From contig BDGG01000011.1 in assembly GCA_001949185.1 (NCBI GenBank), positions 1,746,423 through 1,810,422 on the forward strand: a DNA stretch of 64,000 nucleotides, in the 5' to 3' direction. Origin of the DNA: Ramazzottius varieornatus. Lineage: Eukaryota > Animalia > Tardigrada. A program made the position numbers and the translations under genes. A model generated the notes under the pieces. That model saw nothing but the letters and a program-made list of their open reading frames with translations. It had not been told where the DNA came from and searched no databases. Of the stretch, positions 13,218 through 25,153 are shown piece after piece. Position 1 is the first letter of the stretch; each line of letters opens with the position of its first letter.

Positions 13218-13354
13218 ATCGTAGCTGGGCATCAATGCCTCCTACACAACGTGAACTGACAGTAGTTGCTTATTTGACCTTGCACCAAATCTGGTTATGG
13301 AAAATTAGATCGGGCAAGAAACGTTTGCGCGCACTGCGTCACGGCCACAAGGTA

Positions 13355-14241
13355 CACGTGGCTGGCCTAATGATTGGCATGGACAAAAGCATTGGCAGCA
13401 CGGACTGGCGGCAGTTTAACGCAAAGAATGTTATATCGAGACAGGAAGTAGCCTTGTGACGTTAGGAAGTGAAAATTTAGCAATGCGCTTTTCATTGTAC
13501 AATGTCATTTCAAATTCTGTATTTCTTCATAAGTTGGTTTCCCGATCTCGATTCTTGAGTAACCTAACCTTGAAACATGTCGGAAGGTTTCAAGATCAAG
13601 AGACGCCGGAAGTACACCGAGGAATGTCTGCAAGATGCAGTTCGCGCAGTGGCGAACGGGATGTCAGTTCGGAAAGCTTCGCTTACGTTTTGTGTGCCGC
13701 GAGGAACGATCATCAACTACGAGAAATCCCCCATAGCTCAGCAGCTTGGCCGAAAGACAAAGCTGGATCCGACAGAGGAGGCTCTACTGGTGGACATGTT
13801 GATTGGCTTTGGGAACAATGGATTCCCCGTGAATAAGCATAATCTGCGTACTTTTGTCGATGAGATGGGCTTTGGAAAAGGTATGTTTTTGTTTTTGAAA
13901 AACATTCAGTAACATCAGTTCTGTGTTTTTTGGCAGGCATAGGTACGGTCTTCAGCGAGAAGTAGCATCGTCGTTTCCTGCGTAACCATGGGAAGCAGAT
14001 TTCTCTTCGCATGGGATCTAATGTGGATCGCAAGAAGGCACGGGAATGGACTGTCGAATGTGCTGAAAATGATTGGGAAGTTCTCTGTGAAAGATTCGGT
14101 TATCCGAGCGGGATGTAAAGGGGCAACGTATGGTGAAAGCCAGTTTGTTTCAACTGCAAGCGAATACAGCCGGCGGAGCCGCTGTTTCGGACATCACTTG
14201 TCAATGCTTTTGTCCATGCCAATCATTAGGCCAGCCACGTG
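13355..14241 (+). mobile_element. internally deleted pogo-family element retaining the psq/CENP-B HTH
   Basis: Perfect 40-bp TIR CACGTGGCTGGCCTAATGATTGGCATGGACAAAAGCATTG with TA on both sides. The ORF from 13577 encodes RRKYTEECLQDAVRAV..GMSVRKA...VPRGTI...LGRKTKL..TEE..LV. No DDE region. Confidence 0.92.
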
Positions 14242-14949
14242 TAGTGGCAGTAAGACGAAAATTACTGTACGAGGAGGGAGGTCCAACTTTTCTAACGAGC
14301 TTACTTTGCTAGGCCAAATTCTGAAGGTTAGCGCTGCCCACTGCGAGTCTAGACTACAAACAGTTGGCGGCTGAGCAGAAGTTAGCAAAGTTTCATCCAG
14401 TTAGCATTCACACTTTAGTTTAGGCCTCGATTCAGTGATCGGTAAGTCCATCACAGAAATTCTGCACGGTTTGCCAACTGTTATGGATATCGACATATCC
14501 TCGCGCAACGTGGACCGATTTCGCCACTTCCAGTTAAAAGTTGTGGAAAGAGCTCGTTCCACTTGTTCCAGAACATCCCCACATGTCAAAATCAGGGCAG
14601 AGTGGGTTTGCAAGATCAAAGTGCAGTAGAAGAGATGGCTGTTGCCAGCGAGAGATTCAGATATGTCTGTCGAAGCAGTGCCGTTTTCGCTCGCAAATTT
14701 GTAGCCGGTCCGACTTTGGATAAAAATGGCTGTGTTGCGTCATCATTAACCCTGGGCAGACTTGCACAAATGTGTGATTCTGCTCGGTCCGACACATGTG
14801 ATTTATCTGGCTTGGCTTATTCTGCCCTCTGTAGAAAGAGTGCTCCCTAATATCGGATGCCATCTTCGAATGGCTTCCTCTCTGGAACTTCTGTCGTCAC
14901 GATCTTCCAATGTTCCCCACTTCTTTCTGGAGCGGAATGAAGCAAGGTT

Positions 14950-15654
14950 GTGGAAGATAATTGTGAATTAATTTGGAATTTCAGGACTTTAAACACGAAA
15001 GCCCGTGACTGCCACTCTACCAACCAGCAAGTGACAAGTGGGCGTTTGCAGTTAGGCAATAAATCAGCACTTGCCTGCTTCAGCGCTCGCGCTGACTGCG
15101 AAAAGTTAGCTACAATCTACAGTATGGTAATCGGGAAGGAAGCGGTGGATTTTTCATGGAAAGCGTTCGGCCACACCGCCACTTTTACTTCTAGAAGCAT
15201 AAAAGATGGAACGAGGGAACACTGGTTCGGGAGTATCAGAAGCGAAGCCGTAGGCGCATGGGAAGCGTTCGGCCACACCGCCACTTCTACTTTTGGAAGC
15301 ATAAACGATGGAACGAGGGAACACCGGTTCGGGAGTATCAGAAGCGAAGCCGTAGGCGCATGGGAAGCGTTCGGCCACACCGCCACTTCTACTTTTGGAA
15401 GCATAAACGATGGAACGAGGGAACACCGGTTCGGGAGTATCAGAAGCGGAGATGTAGGCGCATGGAATTTCACATCGGTTTATGGCAAGCACGTCTTCTG
15501 CGATCCATTCCAGCACTACATGGCCACGCTCTGTTACAAAAAGTTGGTGGACGAAAAGCTATTGATCCAGGTCCTCAGTGAACAACCAGACGACAAACTG
15601 CTGCCAATATACAAGAATGAAGCAATCTGCCGAATTCGTGGCGTCAAAAACTAG
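14950..15654 (+). CDS. uncharacterised ORF/terminal exon with 34-aa tandem repeats
   Basis: A 234-codon open frame; the same frame upstream (from 14563) is broken by two stops. Confidence 0.4.
   Translation: MEDNCELIWNFRTLNTKARDCHSTNQQVTSGRLQLGNKSALACFSARADCEKLATIYSMVIGKEAVDFSWKAFGHTATFTSRSIKDGTREHWFGSIRSEAVGAWEAFGHTATSTFGSINDGTREHRFGSIRSEAVGAWEAFGHTATSTFGSINDGTREHRFGSIRSGDVGAWNFTSVYGKHVFCDPFQHYMATLCYKKLVDEKLLIQVLSEQPDDKLLPIYKNEAICRIRGVKN
15157..15466. repeat. 102-bp tandem repeat, ~3 copies
   Basis: tgggaagcgttcggccacacc recurs at 15259 and 15361, with a variant at ~15157; copies 2 and 3 are nearly identical. Confidence 0.95.
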
Positions 15655-16324
15655 GCCCAGCTGCATTCACAGAACAATCAGTCGAAGGGCCGCCACAACC
15701 AGAACCAACGCGGCGGCAAACGACCTTCTAACGTATCCTCTAGAATTTCCACAAATGACTTGATTACACTGTAATGGTCAAACTTTCTGTCATGATCAGT
15801 CAAGAGTCAGCAAGGCCTTTTGCCATACATAGAATAGAAGCAAATGTTGTTCAATGATATGTTTCCGCTTCTGTGGCAATGCGCATCTAATTGTTGCAGG
15901 CATCAACGACCCTTCGTGTTACACTTGCAGTTGAACGAAATAGCGAGGCGTTGTTCGCCAAAGGCCTAGCGGATGAGGCTCAACTCTCCGTCTTTCCTCT
16001 TTCTCTCTATGGATCAAACTGATCAAATTCTCCTCTGGGAGTTTCTCGAGGAATTCGTTTTTCGCTCGCAGCATCGCTTGGTGTAATCTGAAAAGGCTAG
16101 CAGTAGAACGTACCGTGTTTGGACGCTTGAGGAATTAGCTTAGCGCTATGGGGATACTAAGAAGGAAACAACATGACATGTCCATATCACGAGCCGGTAT
16201 CAAACATCGGAATTTACTGGAACAGCCTGATGTGTATTTTCATGGACCACTAAGCTTCAAAATCGACGGAGTGAGTAGGCGCTGCCACACTGGGCTTGTA
16301 TGAAGCTTACCTGATGAATACTGT

Positions 16325-17692
16325 TTGGCAGAAATACAGAAGCTGTTTAGGACTACTACGTCCCGGTCATTTATCCATACGCCACCGGAAGCACTTGGAA
16401 AAGGTACTGTACCACACCAACTGAACAGACATACCGGTGTAACACTTGTCGAACCTGAGCTCCTCAACTTGAGATCTCATATCAACAACACAGCCGGCCA
16501 GATTCGATACCCACCCCGCTCGACCAACGCCCATCCGCGCCCTCTGGCCACAACCTCAAAGAGCGTTATATCCAAGCGCGGCCACGACGACCCCAACTCG
16601 GACGAAATCACGGTCCTACCCGACAACGATGACGACCAAGGCGAGACCCGTACTTTCCTGAGCTCCAACGACTCGCAACAGCCCACATCACATCCCGTCA
16701 CCCATCCCGCTTATCAAACCTCCACCAGCAGCAAACTCAGAGCCAGAAGACTCTCCACCAGTCAACCGAAGACACACTACGGTGAAATTTCTCCATACAA
16801 GACGAGCCGAAGAACTCGAAAGAGATCGTTACAACGCAAGCCACAATTTCGCCAGTCTTCGAACGCGCGTCAGCTGCCCAAAACCAACCTGGCCTTATAC
16901 TGTCCCCGGTAGCTGACAAGAAACCATTAGTTGTCCCATCACAGTCTCACGACAACGAAGCGGCTTCGAGTCAAGTTACTATGTTGGCCAAGCCGATAGC
17001 AGTTCATACACCGACGAAACGAGAAGCTGATAAGCCATCAGTCCGAGCATCTACCGAGAATATTCATCAAGCCAGTCAGCCGCAACCAGCGCCATGTGCT
17101 GTACATAAGCCAGCTTCGCAGTCCACTTCAGTCGCTTCACAAACGTCCCAAGCGTCAGTACAGTCCGCAGCTTCAAAATCGTCATCGGCCTCTTCAGCGC
17201 ACAGTACCGTTCCGCCTCCACAACACACTTGTCCGATTCCGCCGCCACCACCGCCTCCAGCCGTAGTGAAGAGCCAACCGCTCAAGACCGTGGTGAATGC
17301 GAACGGACAGCGTGGTATGGTCAACAAAAAGCCAACAACCGTCACTGTGAGTGCGGCCAAAGGCGCAATGACTAAGCTACCTGACCGTCGAACTCAGTTC
17401 GTACCAGAGAAGAACTTGTTCCGAATTGCACTGGAATGCGAGGAGAAAGCGACTCCAGCTGCGACAGATGAGGAAGTCATCCAAGACTCGTCGGAGCTGG
17501 CTTCGCACTTTAAGGGAAATATCAAGTCGCGAATTGCCTTCCTGGAAGTAAACGAACCTCCCACAAAAGCTGGTAGGTCGATCTGTGTTTTCAAGGAAAC
17601 TTTACGGCGGGTAGTAATTGCGCTACAGGACATCGTTTCTTTATTTTAGCTGCGCCTAACTATTCGCGACCACACAAAAAGGATTTCATGGG
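16325..17692 (+). CDS. Ser/Thr/Pro-rich disordered protein (partial, apparent frameshift near 16790)
   Basis: Two long overlapping frames, a polyproline tract IPPPPPPPAV and the motif NIKSRIAFLE. Donor near 17573 and a mini-exon ~17650-17691 ending at a GTGAGT donor. Confidence 0.5.
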
Positions 17693-18092
17693 TGAGTTGG
17701 CGGAGCGCCCGAAAATTCGTCGGCAGTTGGTGGAAAAAACTTGCTGGTAGCTGGTCGAAAATATCTTCGCACATGGTCGACCGTTAACGCTGATTGGGTG
17801 CAGACAGCGGAATTTGATCTTGTATACTAAGTTGGTTCGTTGTCTGTTACTTTCGATTCGAGCCTAGTTATGTTCGGCTATTCATACTATTCACCCGCGT
17901 TCGTCAGCGTGGCTGCGCGGACGAACTTCGTGGCTTGCTTGGACTCTTACAGTCGCTGATAATTTTAAGTTGTCGTTTCAACTTTTCAATTCCTTCTGTT
18001 CAACACCGCTTTGATAAATTAGGATACAGGCAATCAATCGTTCCGCAGGATACCGAAACTCAGGTTGAAAAATTTTTCGTCGTAGTATGATA

Positions 18093-18739
18093 CTATCTTT
18101 GGTAGCTGCCGTTCTGAGAGGAACCATAACCGTTGTTTGATGAACTATCAGAGCCGTAGCTATGGCTCTTCGATCCGTAAGAGCTACCCGAGTGTCCGTA
18201 TGGTACAGACTACGAAGAAAAACCAAAGTCGTTTCTGCGTACAGTCCCAATTTTTGTACCTGTAGACTGAGGGACGCTGCAAAATTCTTCCACTTGCGTC
18301 TGTCAGTTAAATGTAAATGAACTTACTGGCACAGCAGGATAAGATACAACAGGTGGCAGGCCTGGTGCATAAGGTAGTCCAGGCGAAGCTGGAATGCCTG
18401 GGGAATATGGCAAGCCGGGACTGGCAGGAATGCCAGGGGAGTACGGCAGACCTGGCGAAGGTGGTAGACCCGGTGCGTAAGGAAGACCTGGCGCCGGTGG
18501 GAGGCCCGGAGCGGGTGGTAGGCCGGGTGCTCCGGGTAGCCCGGGGGCAGGTGGGAGACCAGGTGCCCCGGGTAGTCCGGGCGCTGGTGGCAGACCAGGA
18601 GCAGGAGGTAATCCGGGAGCTCCGGGCAGGCCGGGTGCGGGTGGAAGACCTGGTGCTGGAGGGAGGCCTGGTGCTCCTGGAAGACCAGGTGCGGGTGGAA
18701 GGCCAGGGGAAGGAGGAAGACCGGGTGCACCGGGAAGAC
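18093..18739 (-). CDS. Pro/Gly hexapeptide-repeat structural protein, last two exons
   Basis: Exon 18327-18739 encodes 21 x G(L/I)P(P/G/Y/A)(A/S)P + [12 protein letters not shown], flanked by a catag acceptor and a GTAAGT donor. Exon 18093-18209 encodes [38 protein letters not shown]. The repeated Leu uses all six synonymous codons. Confidence 0.85.
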
Positions 18740-18798
18740 CTATGAAGGATTAATCTACCTCACACCAGAGGGCGAAGTAGAATTCGTCACACTTTTTA

Positions 18799-19056
18799 CA
18801 GTCTGGTCGCTCGAAATCTGGTACCTGATTTTGCGATTTCAAAATAAAGAAATCGTGCAAAATTAACGATACTGCGAGCCATACCGACACAGCCGGTCCA
18901 CATGCGGGTTGATTACTTGATCACACCAGTAAAGCTACGGTGTAATTTATGCGTAATGTAATTTCGGCCTTGGCTTGTCGTGCTGTATGGCGAATATGTA
19001 TCAGACTTCAAAATAAAATCGGAGAAATAGGTACCAGATTTCGATCGACCTGACTG
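18799..19056. mobile_element. pogo/Tigger-type MITE
   Basis: TA|CAGTCTGGTCGCTCGAAATCTGGTACCT ... AGGTACCAGATTTCGATCGACCTGACTG|TA. Confidence 0.8.
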
Positions 19057-19593
19057 TACAAGGCAAGAAATGCATTCGCTCCTGTGATGGTGTGGTCTTA
19101 CGGCACTATTCAACGGTAGTTGAGGTAAGGTGATCGCCACAAGGGATGCACTTCTGCACCGAACGACTGTCAAACTAATCCTTTCGTCTCGTAATAAATT
19201 CACTCGTGTTAATTAAACCTTCCCCAATCGGGGAATGTAAAGTACTCGCCTCAAATAAAGCGTTGTTTTCTCTCTCTTGGTCTAGAAGCAGCTCTGCAAA
19301 TCCTGAATCCACATACGTATCACCAACAGATTCCGGTTGCAGCGGATTGACACACGCGTCCCCTCTGGACTCCGAGCGCAGCGTACCAGCTTCTGTCCTG
19401 TCGCCAGGTGCTGGTGACAGTGGCTCTCCCAACTCTCAGTTGGCCGATCCCATTATCGCGACTGAGTGTAAAATAACAAGGTTTGAAAGAAGATCCATGT
19501 AGTGTTTGATGGTGTCCCAGCTTGTTTAAACTTAGCCAAGGTCATGCACAGTTATAAATAAGCTCATCGGTAATTCGGTGCATATCGTTCCAG

Positions 19594-22500
19594 CGAGCCT
19601 AATGTGTGGCTTGATCGCTACACTGAAGTAACATCTTTGGGGACTGGATCATATGGGCGCGTGTTGTAAGTGGTCAGTGTACGATATCAGTACTACCGTT
19701 TGTTGCACATTCTAACAAACCAGGCCCGGACCAGACCTTGCGGTTATAACGGTGTCTTTAGTGCGGCGTTGGACGTGAAGAACGGGACAAAAGTGGCCGT
19801 GAAACAACAGTTCACCGACTTTAACGTCAAGGACAAGAAGGACAAACCAGTTTTAGCTCTACGAGCGTACAGAGAGCTATTGTTTTTGTGGACTTTTCGA
19901 GGCCATCCGAATGTAGGCCAACATATGCTGTTAGATCTTCTATGTCTGTCTTATGCTCTCCCTGTCTTGAGATATTATTATTTTCCTAGTTACTGGAACT
20001 GCACGATGCTTTCCCACTACCTAGTGTCGGCCAAATGGCGTATTTGTGCACTGTGACGAACAAGATGGGCCTGGACTTGGCCGACGCTTTAGAAGAGAAG
20101 TTGATCCCAACCGTGATGCGGTCTTATGTTCTGTACAATATTCTATGCGGAATAAAGGTCAGTATCACGATTGTTTCAAGAGCGGTCCATTCTACTTCAG
20201 TTTGTATTACAGTTTCTCCACTCCGCGGACGTAATACATCGGGTACGTTATACGCAGATATTGTTCGCATAATTTTACCGTATTCCGTCGAGAGTTTCGC
20301 GCAGTTACATGACAGACCATAAAAGAATCCGCGGGAGCTGTTGACTGAGCCATGGTCACCCGGGGCATAGTTTATAGGCCTGTCATGTGACTGCGCGAAA
20401 CTTTCGAGGGAATAAAGTGATGTATTACGGTGTCGGTGCTCAGCTACTTTATATGGTCCAGCGAATGCACGGAAACCTAATAGTTGGTGACTACCAATCG
20501 GCAGCCGAGACGGACACCTTTTCTGTCGCGACGTGACACTACAGACCGAAAGAGAAGAAAAATCACAAAAACAAAGACTGAAACTTGCTCGGATATGACC
20601 GACGGGTCCTGATCAGTGTGGTAGTTACTGTGCGATACTACACAGTGCGTATTTTGATCATGTACCAGACAACATAAGTCCACTAATGTGGTCTACATGG
20701 ACTGCGCCATAGAAGTGCATCCCCACCCGTGACTACATGGTCTCGTCGTATCGATCGACGTTATGTTACGTCACGTGAAAGTGGATAGGGATGCACTTTG
20801 TGCATTGTAGATAGAAGCTCATTCACAAATGCGATTTTTGTACTGGGTGGGCCGCAGTGAACCATGTGAGTAAATGGTGCTCATTTATAAATCGGAAAAT
20901 TGACAAATCATTCACTACAAAAGTACTGTGATTTCGCTCTGAACAGTCGTGGGTACTTTCGGGAGCCTTTTTCATCTGGTCCGATCCGGGAACTACGATC
21001 GGCGAACGAAAATCGAAGGAAAAAAAGGTTGAAAAGTACGTTCAAGTAGGAAGAAAACCAGGGCCGTCGCGGCCTGTATCGGATGGAGCAAACTTTTGGT
21101 TATGGGACGGTCTCGGTAAACAACAATAACACTATTTTGATTTGATTGATGAATTACTATGGTGCCACAAAACTGCACTGATATTAGATGGCATGTGTCC
21201 AAAGTGCCCTTCAGAATCCAAAAGCTGGTTCCGGCAGCTGCTCACTCAATGGATTCTCGAGAAAGCACTAATGTGTCCCATTACGTCGAGCAGTTTCGTT
21301 CAACGGCTACCGAGATAAACCCAAAAAACACCTTTTTGTCAACTTTAAGGCTGCATAACTGACCGTTAATCAGATTGATGGATATGCCCATTCGGTCATT
21401 GTTTTTGCAAATGAATAGCTCTACAAATTGTACCTGATAATCTTGGTTGATTGATTGACCAGTTTTTTCTTCCTGCTCCAGACAGTCGTATTCATCGCAC
21501 TTCACGCATAGACATAATCATACCTCAAAGCAAGAGACGAAGGTAGCAAGCTTGGATTTATAAATAGGTGAGGACCATATCGAGGCTAAGAGTACGAGAT
21601 TACCCCGACCGACATCAGATTTTTTTGGCCTACCTTACTCAACCGATGTCAAGAAAGTCTGAGTCCATAATTCCCACAATACTAGTGAGCATAAGTAAAA
21701 GCACAGAAATGATAACAGCCATACTCATGTTAGCGGAGGAAGAGCTACTCTTGATCGGCGAAGAAGTCCATATCGTCCCCATCGTCTAACTCCTCGCAGG
21801 TGTGGCTCTTTTCCGTTCCACCAGATTCTGAAGGGCACATTGGACACATGCGATCTAATATCAGTGCAGTTTTGTGGCACCATGGTAATTCATCAATCAA
21901 ATCAAAATAGTGTTATTGTTGTTTACCGAGACCTTCCCATAACCAAAAGTTTGCTCCATCCGATAGAGGCCGCGACGGCCCTGAAGAAAACTATACGATT
22001 CGCTTTTGCATTACAGTCGTCGGCTACGAACGAATGATTTGAGCACTGCCAAACGTAGGTCAAATCAGGTACTTCCATGTCGCTGCTCGAGTTTAATCAG
22101 CCCTGACATGTAACGATATGGCACCTTTCACGATGGTGCCTGCCAAGCCAGTCAACAGACCATGGGTTTCCGTGATGGTGGCTGACTTTGAACCCCTACA
22201 CGAAGGTACTGGGGCCAGCGCAGCACTGACCTAATTTCTGCTGAACAGCTGCCAATTCCGCCGGTGGATCGGGTGGGGGGGGGGGTTGAGGGCATATGGT
22301 CTCGATCTTGTACGAGGTCCCATGAGTCTTGTGGTATCAGTGTTACTTTACGGTGATCCTTCGCCTAGACTGATCCTGGTATTGCAACTCGTAGGACTTG
22401 AAACCGTCGAACATTGGAATTTCGCTCGACGGCGACAAGAATATTATCGACGTTCGCCTTCTTGATTTTGGCTTGGTCCGAAAGCTCAAAGTCGAAATGT

Positions 22501-23697
22501 CGTACTTGGTGCAGGCGATGTGGTATCGCGCACCAGAAGTATGGCTTCACCCTGGGTCATATGGGAAACCTGGTAAGGCCTCCTACAGTAGTTTTCGTCC
22601 TATTTTTTTCAGGCTTCTTATCGATGTTATGCTTTTGCAGTATTTCGCTGTCGACTGTGTGACTAATAATTCGTTGCATTGGCAGACAGTTGATTCTTTC
22701 CTTGTTTTGCAGTCGACATATGGTCGGTTGGGTGTATTCTAGGAGAATTGATTGGTGGACAAGTTTTGATGCGAGGGGGCACAGGTATTTTACGTCTCGT
22801 TATCTGTTTCTTGACAATACATATCCAGTATAGATGCTCGAAACCCCATCTTGGTTATGCCTTGCGCTAAAAATATCATCATTGACAGCTACGGGAGATC
22901 AGCTGAAGACAATTCACAAACACCTTGGACAAGTGGATAAATGTTACCTAGAAACTGTGGACGTTTTCGTAAGTTTTCGAACTTTTGACAGTTGTGGCGG
23001 CAAATCAGCTTTTGCATGAAACGACGGCTTGTAAAAGGATTCGGCAACTCTGTTTTTGACATGTTGCTGTTTCTCAGTATCGTCAAGTGCTGAACAGCCC
23101 ACCAGCCGTGTACACCCCTATATCCACATTCTTGCGTGATGCAACCGCCCAAGGTATCAGTTTGATATTCTTTATACATGTCAAGGGTGTTGGCCAGAGT
23201 CCGAGGCAGGTACACGCGCCTGACCTATTTACCGGTCTGGAGAAAATTTCCGGCCACCGGCCGAAAGCGCCACCGCTTCGATTTGATTGGTCAGTTTTGC
23301 TGACAGTAGCCGCTTTCGGCCGGTGGCCGGAAATTAGGCCAGGCGCGTGTATTACCAAATATATCTTACTTTCGCAGAACTGGACCTTCTTAACCACTTA
23401 CTATTGTGGATTCCGGAAGAGCGGCTGACTTCCGCTGACTGCTTGAAACATTCCTACTTTTCGAACATAGTAGAGAAGAAGGGCGATGGAGAGGTCTTCA
23501 GTGGAAGTCTTCCCGATGTAGCCTTTGAAGACTGGAACGATAAGACACCAAAGTTTTGGAGGAGTAAGCTTACTTTTTAATACGTGATGCAGACCACTGC
23601 ACTGAACTAAGTCTCACAGTAAAGAAGGCACTTTTCTGCCCGTGATCACGCAGTATCGCGCATCATTGATCAAAGAATTATAACAGATCACGGGTAG
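19594..23697 (+). CDS. atypical MAP kinase (p38/JNK-like) lacking TxY
   Basis: Exons 19594-19665, 19762-19912, 19990-20157, 20213-20242, 22395-22572, 22713-22784, 22889-22968, 23078-23153 and 23378-23563 splice in frame. Motifs: GTGSYG, VAVK, RAYREL, HR|DLKPSN, DFG, WYRAPE, DIWSVGCI. The first and last exons are uncertain. Confidence 0.9.
20283..20412. mobile_element. TA-flanked MITE in the kinase intron
   Basis: ~36-bp TIR ttccgtcgagagtttcgcgcagttacatgacagacc / ggcctgtcatgtgactgcgcgaaactttcgagggaa. Confidence 0.8.
21059..21983. mobile_element. non-autonomous hAT element with 160-bp TIRs
   Basis: Ends CAGGGCCG...CGGCCCTG. Arms 21059-21218 and 21824-21983 differ at about 5 positions. Perfect 8-bp TSD AAGAAAAC. 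Confidence 0.92.
23213..23349. mobile_element. pogo-derived MITE (CACG termini) in the kinase intron
   Basis: TA|CACGCGCCTGACCTA...TAGGCCAGGCGCGTG|TA; the termini resemble the TIR of the 13355 element. Confidence 0.8.
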
Positions 23698-24369
23698 GGA
23701 AACACTTTTTTTAATGTGGCTCTTTCACCATCATTCTGTTGCAAAACATTTTGAACCGAGTATCCAATTACGGAGTTTAGGTTGGATCAGCAAACAAATC
23801 ACACTCATCAGAAACAAACTTTCCGAAGATGTGTCCCCTCAAAGCAAGAAGCATTCAGCGGACTGCACTATTGGGATGCCAGCATCGCACTATACACCAG
23901 CTACTACCAAGAAAAACGACCGTAGAGAATGAAAACTGACAATTTTGACCGTGGGCTTGACGATGAATTGACTGGAAACATAAATTCGTTATGTCGCCAT
24001 TGTGAAATGTATTCGAGGTAGACTTAAGTCTGGCTACAAGCTGTTCGCTTCGCCTTCGGCTCGCTCGCAGCTTATCGATGATGTAGAAAAACGGAAACGG
24101 AGAGCGGCAGTGCAAATATTGAAAGGTTTGGGCAGTTCGGACAGCGAAGATCCCGTAGGCTCGCTCTAAACATAGTGGACTCACGACGGAACGTTCGAGT
24201 GCAAAAATTCAGGCCATAGAAATACTTCGATGTTGTTTGATTTCAAACCTAATTTTTTTATCAGATATAAAGTGATACCCGGAAAGTTTGTCACGGCTTT
24301 TGACGTTCGCGCTTGAAGACCAATGTCTTGAAACCGTAACCAAGCTTATTAGGATAGCCACTTTTCGGT

Positions 24370-25153
24370 TAGTGATGTTGGCATGTATAAATATCATATT
24401 AAATTAGAGCCTATTAGATGCTTTTTGCATCTAACATATCACATTAACATTTATTAGATACTCGATCGAGGTGGGATATTTTTCAATTCTAAATTAGATG
24501 GGAGCCAGAACGGAAGATATTATATTTAAATCAACTAGCAGGGCGCTCTATATCAGAATTATTAACCGCGATTTCGGTTTTGGTTTGATTAAGAATAACG
24601 CTTGGATTTGCCTCATCGAAAGCTCGTGACTGTGCACTGTGCGCTGCCAGGTTCGATCTCAACGCATCATGCACCTGCACGTGAGAGCACAGTGATGAAC
24701 GTTCAGGGTATAGATTGATTGTCACGCTTTGTTTGAACAGTGTAGGAATATGAGTTTCACGATTCACCTACTGTACCTACTAACAATGCGCATTCCGGAG
24801 TGTGACGCTGCTTGCTACTCCAGGTCCGGTTTTGCGTTTCCGAACGGTCTGTTTGTCGTCTCTTTTTTCATAAAATTATTTATGGAGGACAGTTCCGTGG
24901 CTTCGGTTACAGCAAAATAGAGTTATGACTGAGAAAGAAAGCTGCGTTGCCCTGTACACGCATCAGAAATATTATAATATATTATAATAAGGACCCGACG
25001 AAACAAGTTAATATATTGACATCATATTAGATGCTCCGAGGTCGTGGCATATTACTATGTATATTAAGATTATGTTAGAAATCCGGCAGCCCGAGCTTAT
25101 TAAATCAAAATTATATTACAGTAAGTCTGAATACCCTTACGCCAACATCACTA
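24370..25153. mobile_element. non-autonomous hAT element
   Basis: TIR TAGTGATGTTGGC / GCCAACATCACTA; 8-bp TSD ttttcggt / tcttcggt (7 of 8 match); AT-rich subterminal repeats. Confidence 0.8.

Noticed and set aside
15157-15466. Possible CRISPR array
   Set aside because: These are contiguous tandem units with no unique spacers, in a eukaryotic context with no cas genes.
18317-18745. Plus-strand collagen-like (GRPGAG)n reading and the two listed ORFs
   Set aside because: The plus-strand Gly frame has three TAA stops. The listed ORFs are shadows of the minus-strand GLPxxP exon, which has splice sites and synonymous variation.
20993-22037. Near-identical ORFs 20993-21202 (-) and 21840-22037 (+) as duplicated genes
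   Set aside because: They are translations of the two TIR arms of the hAT element.
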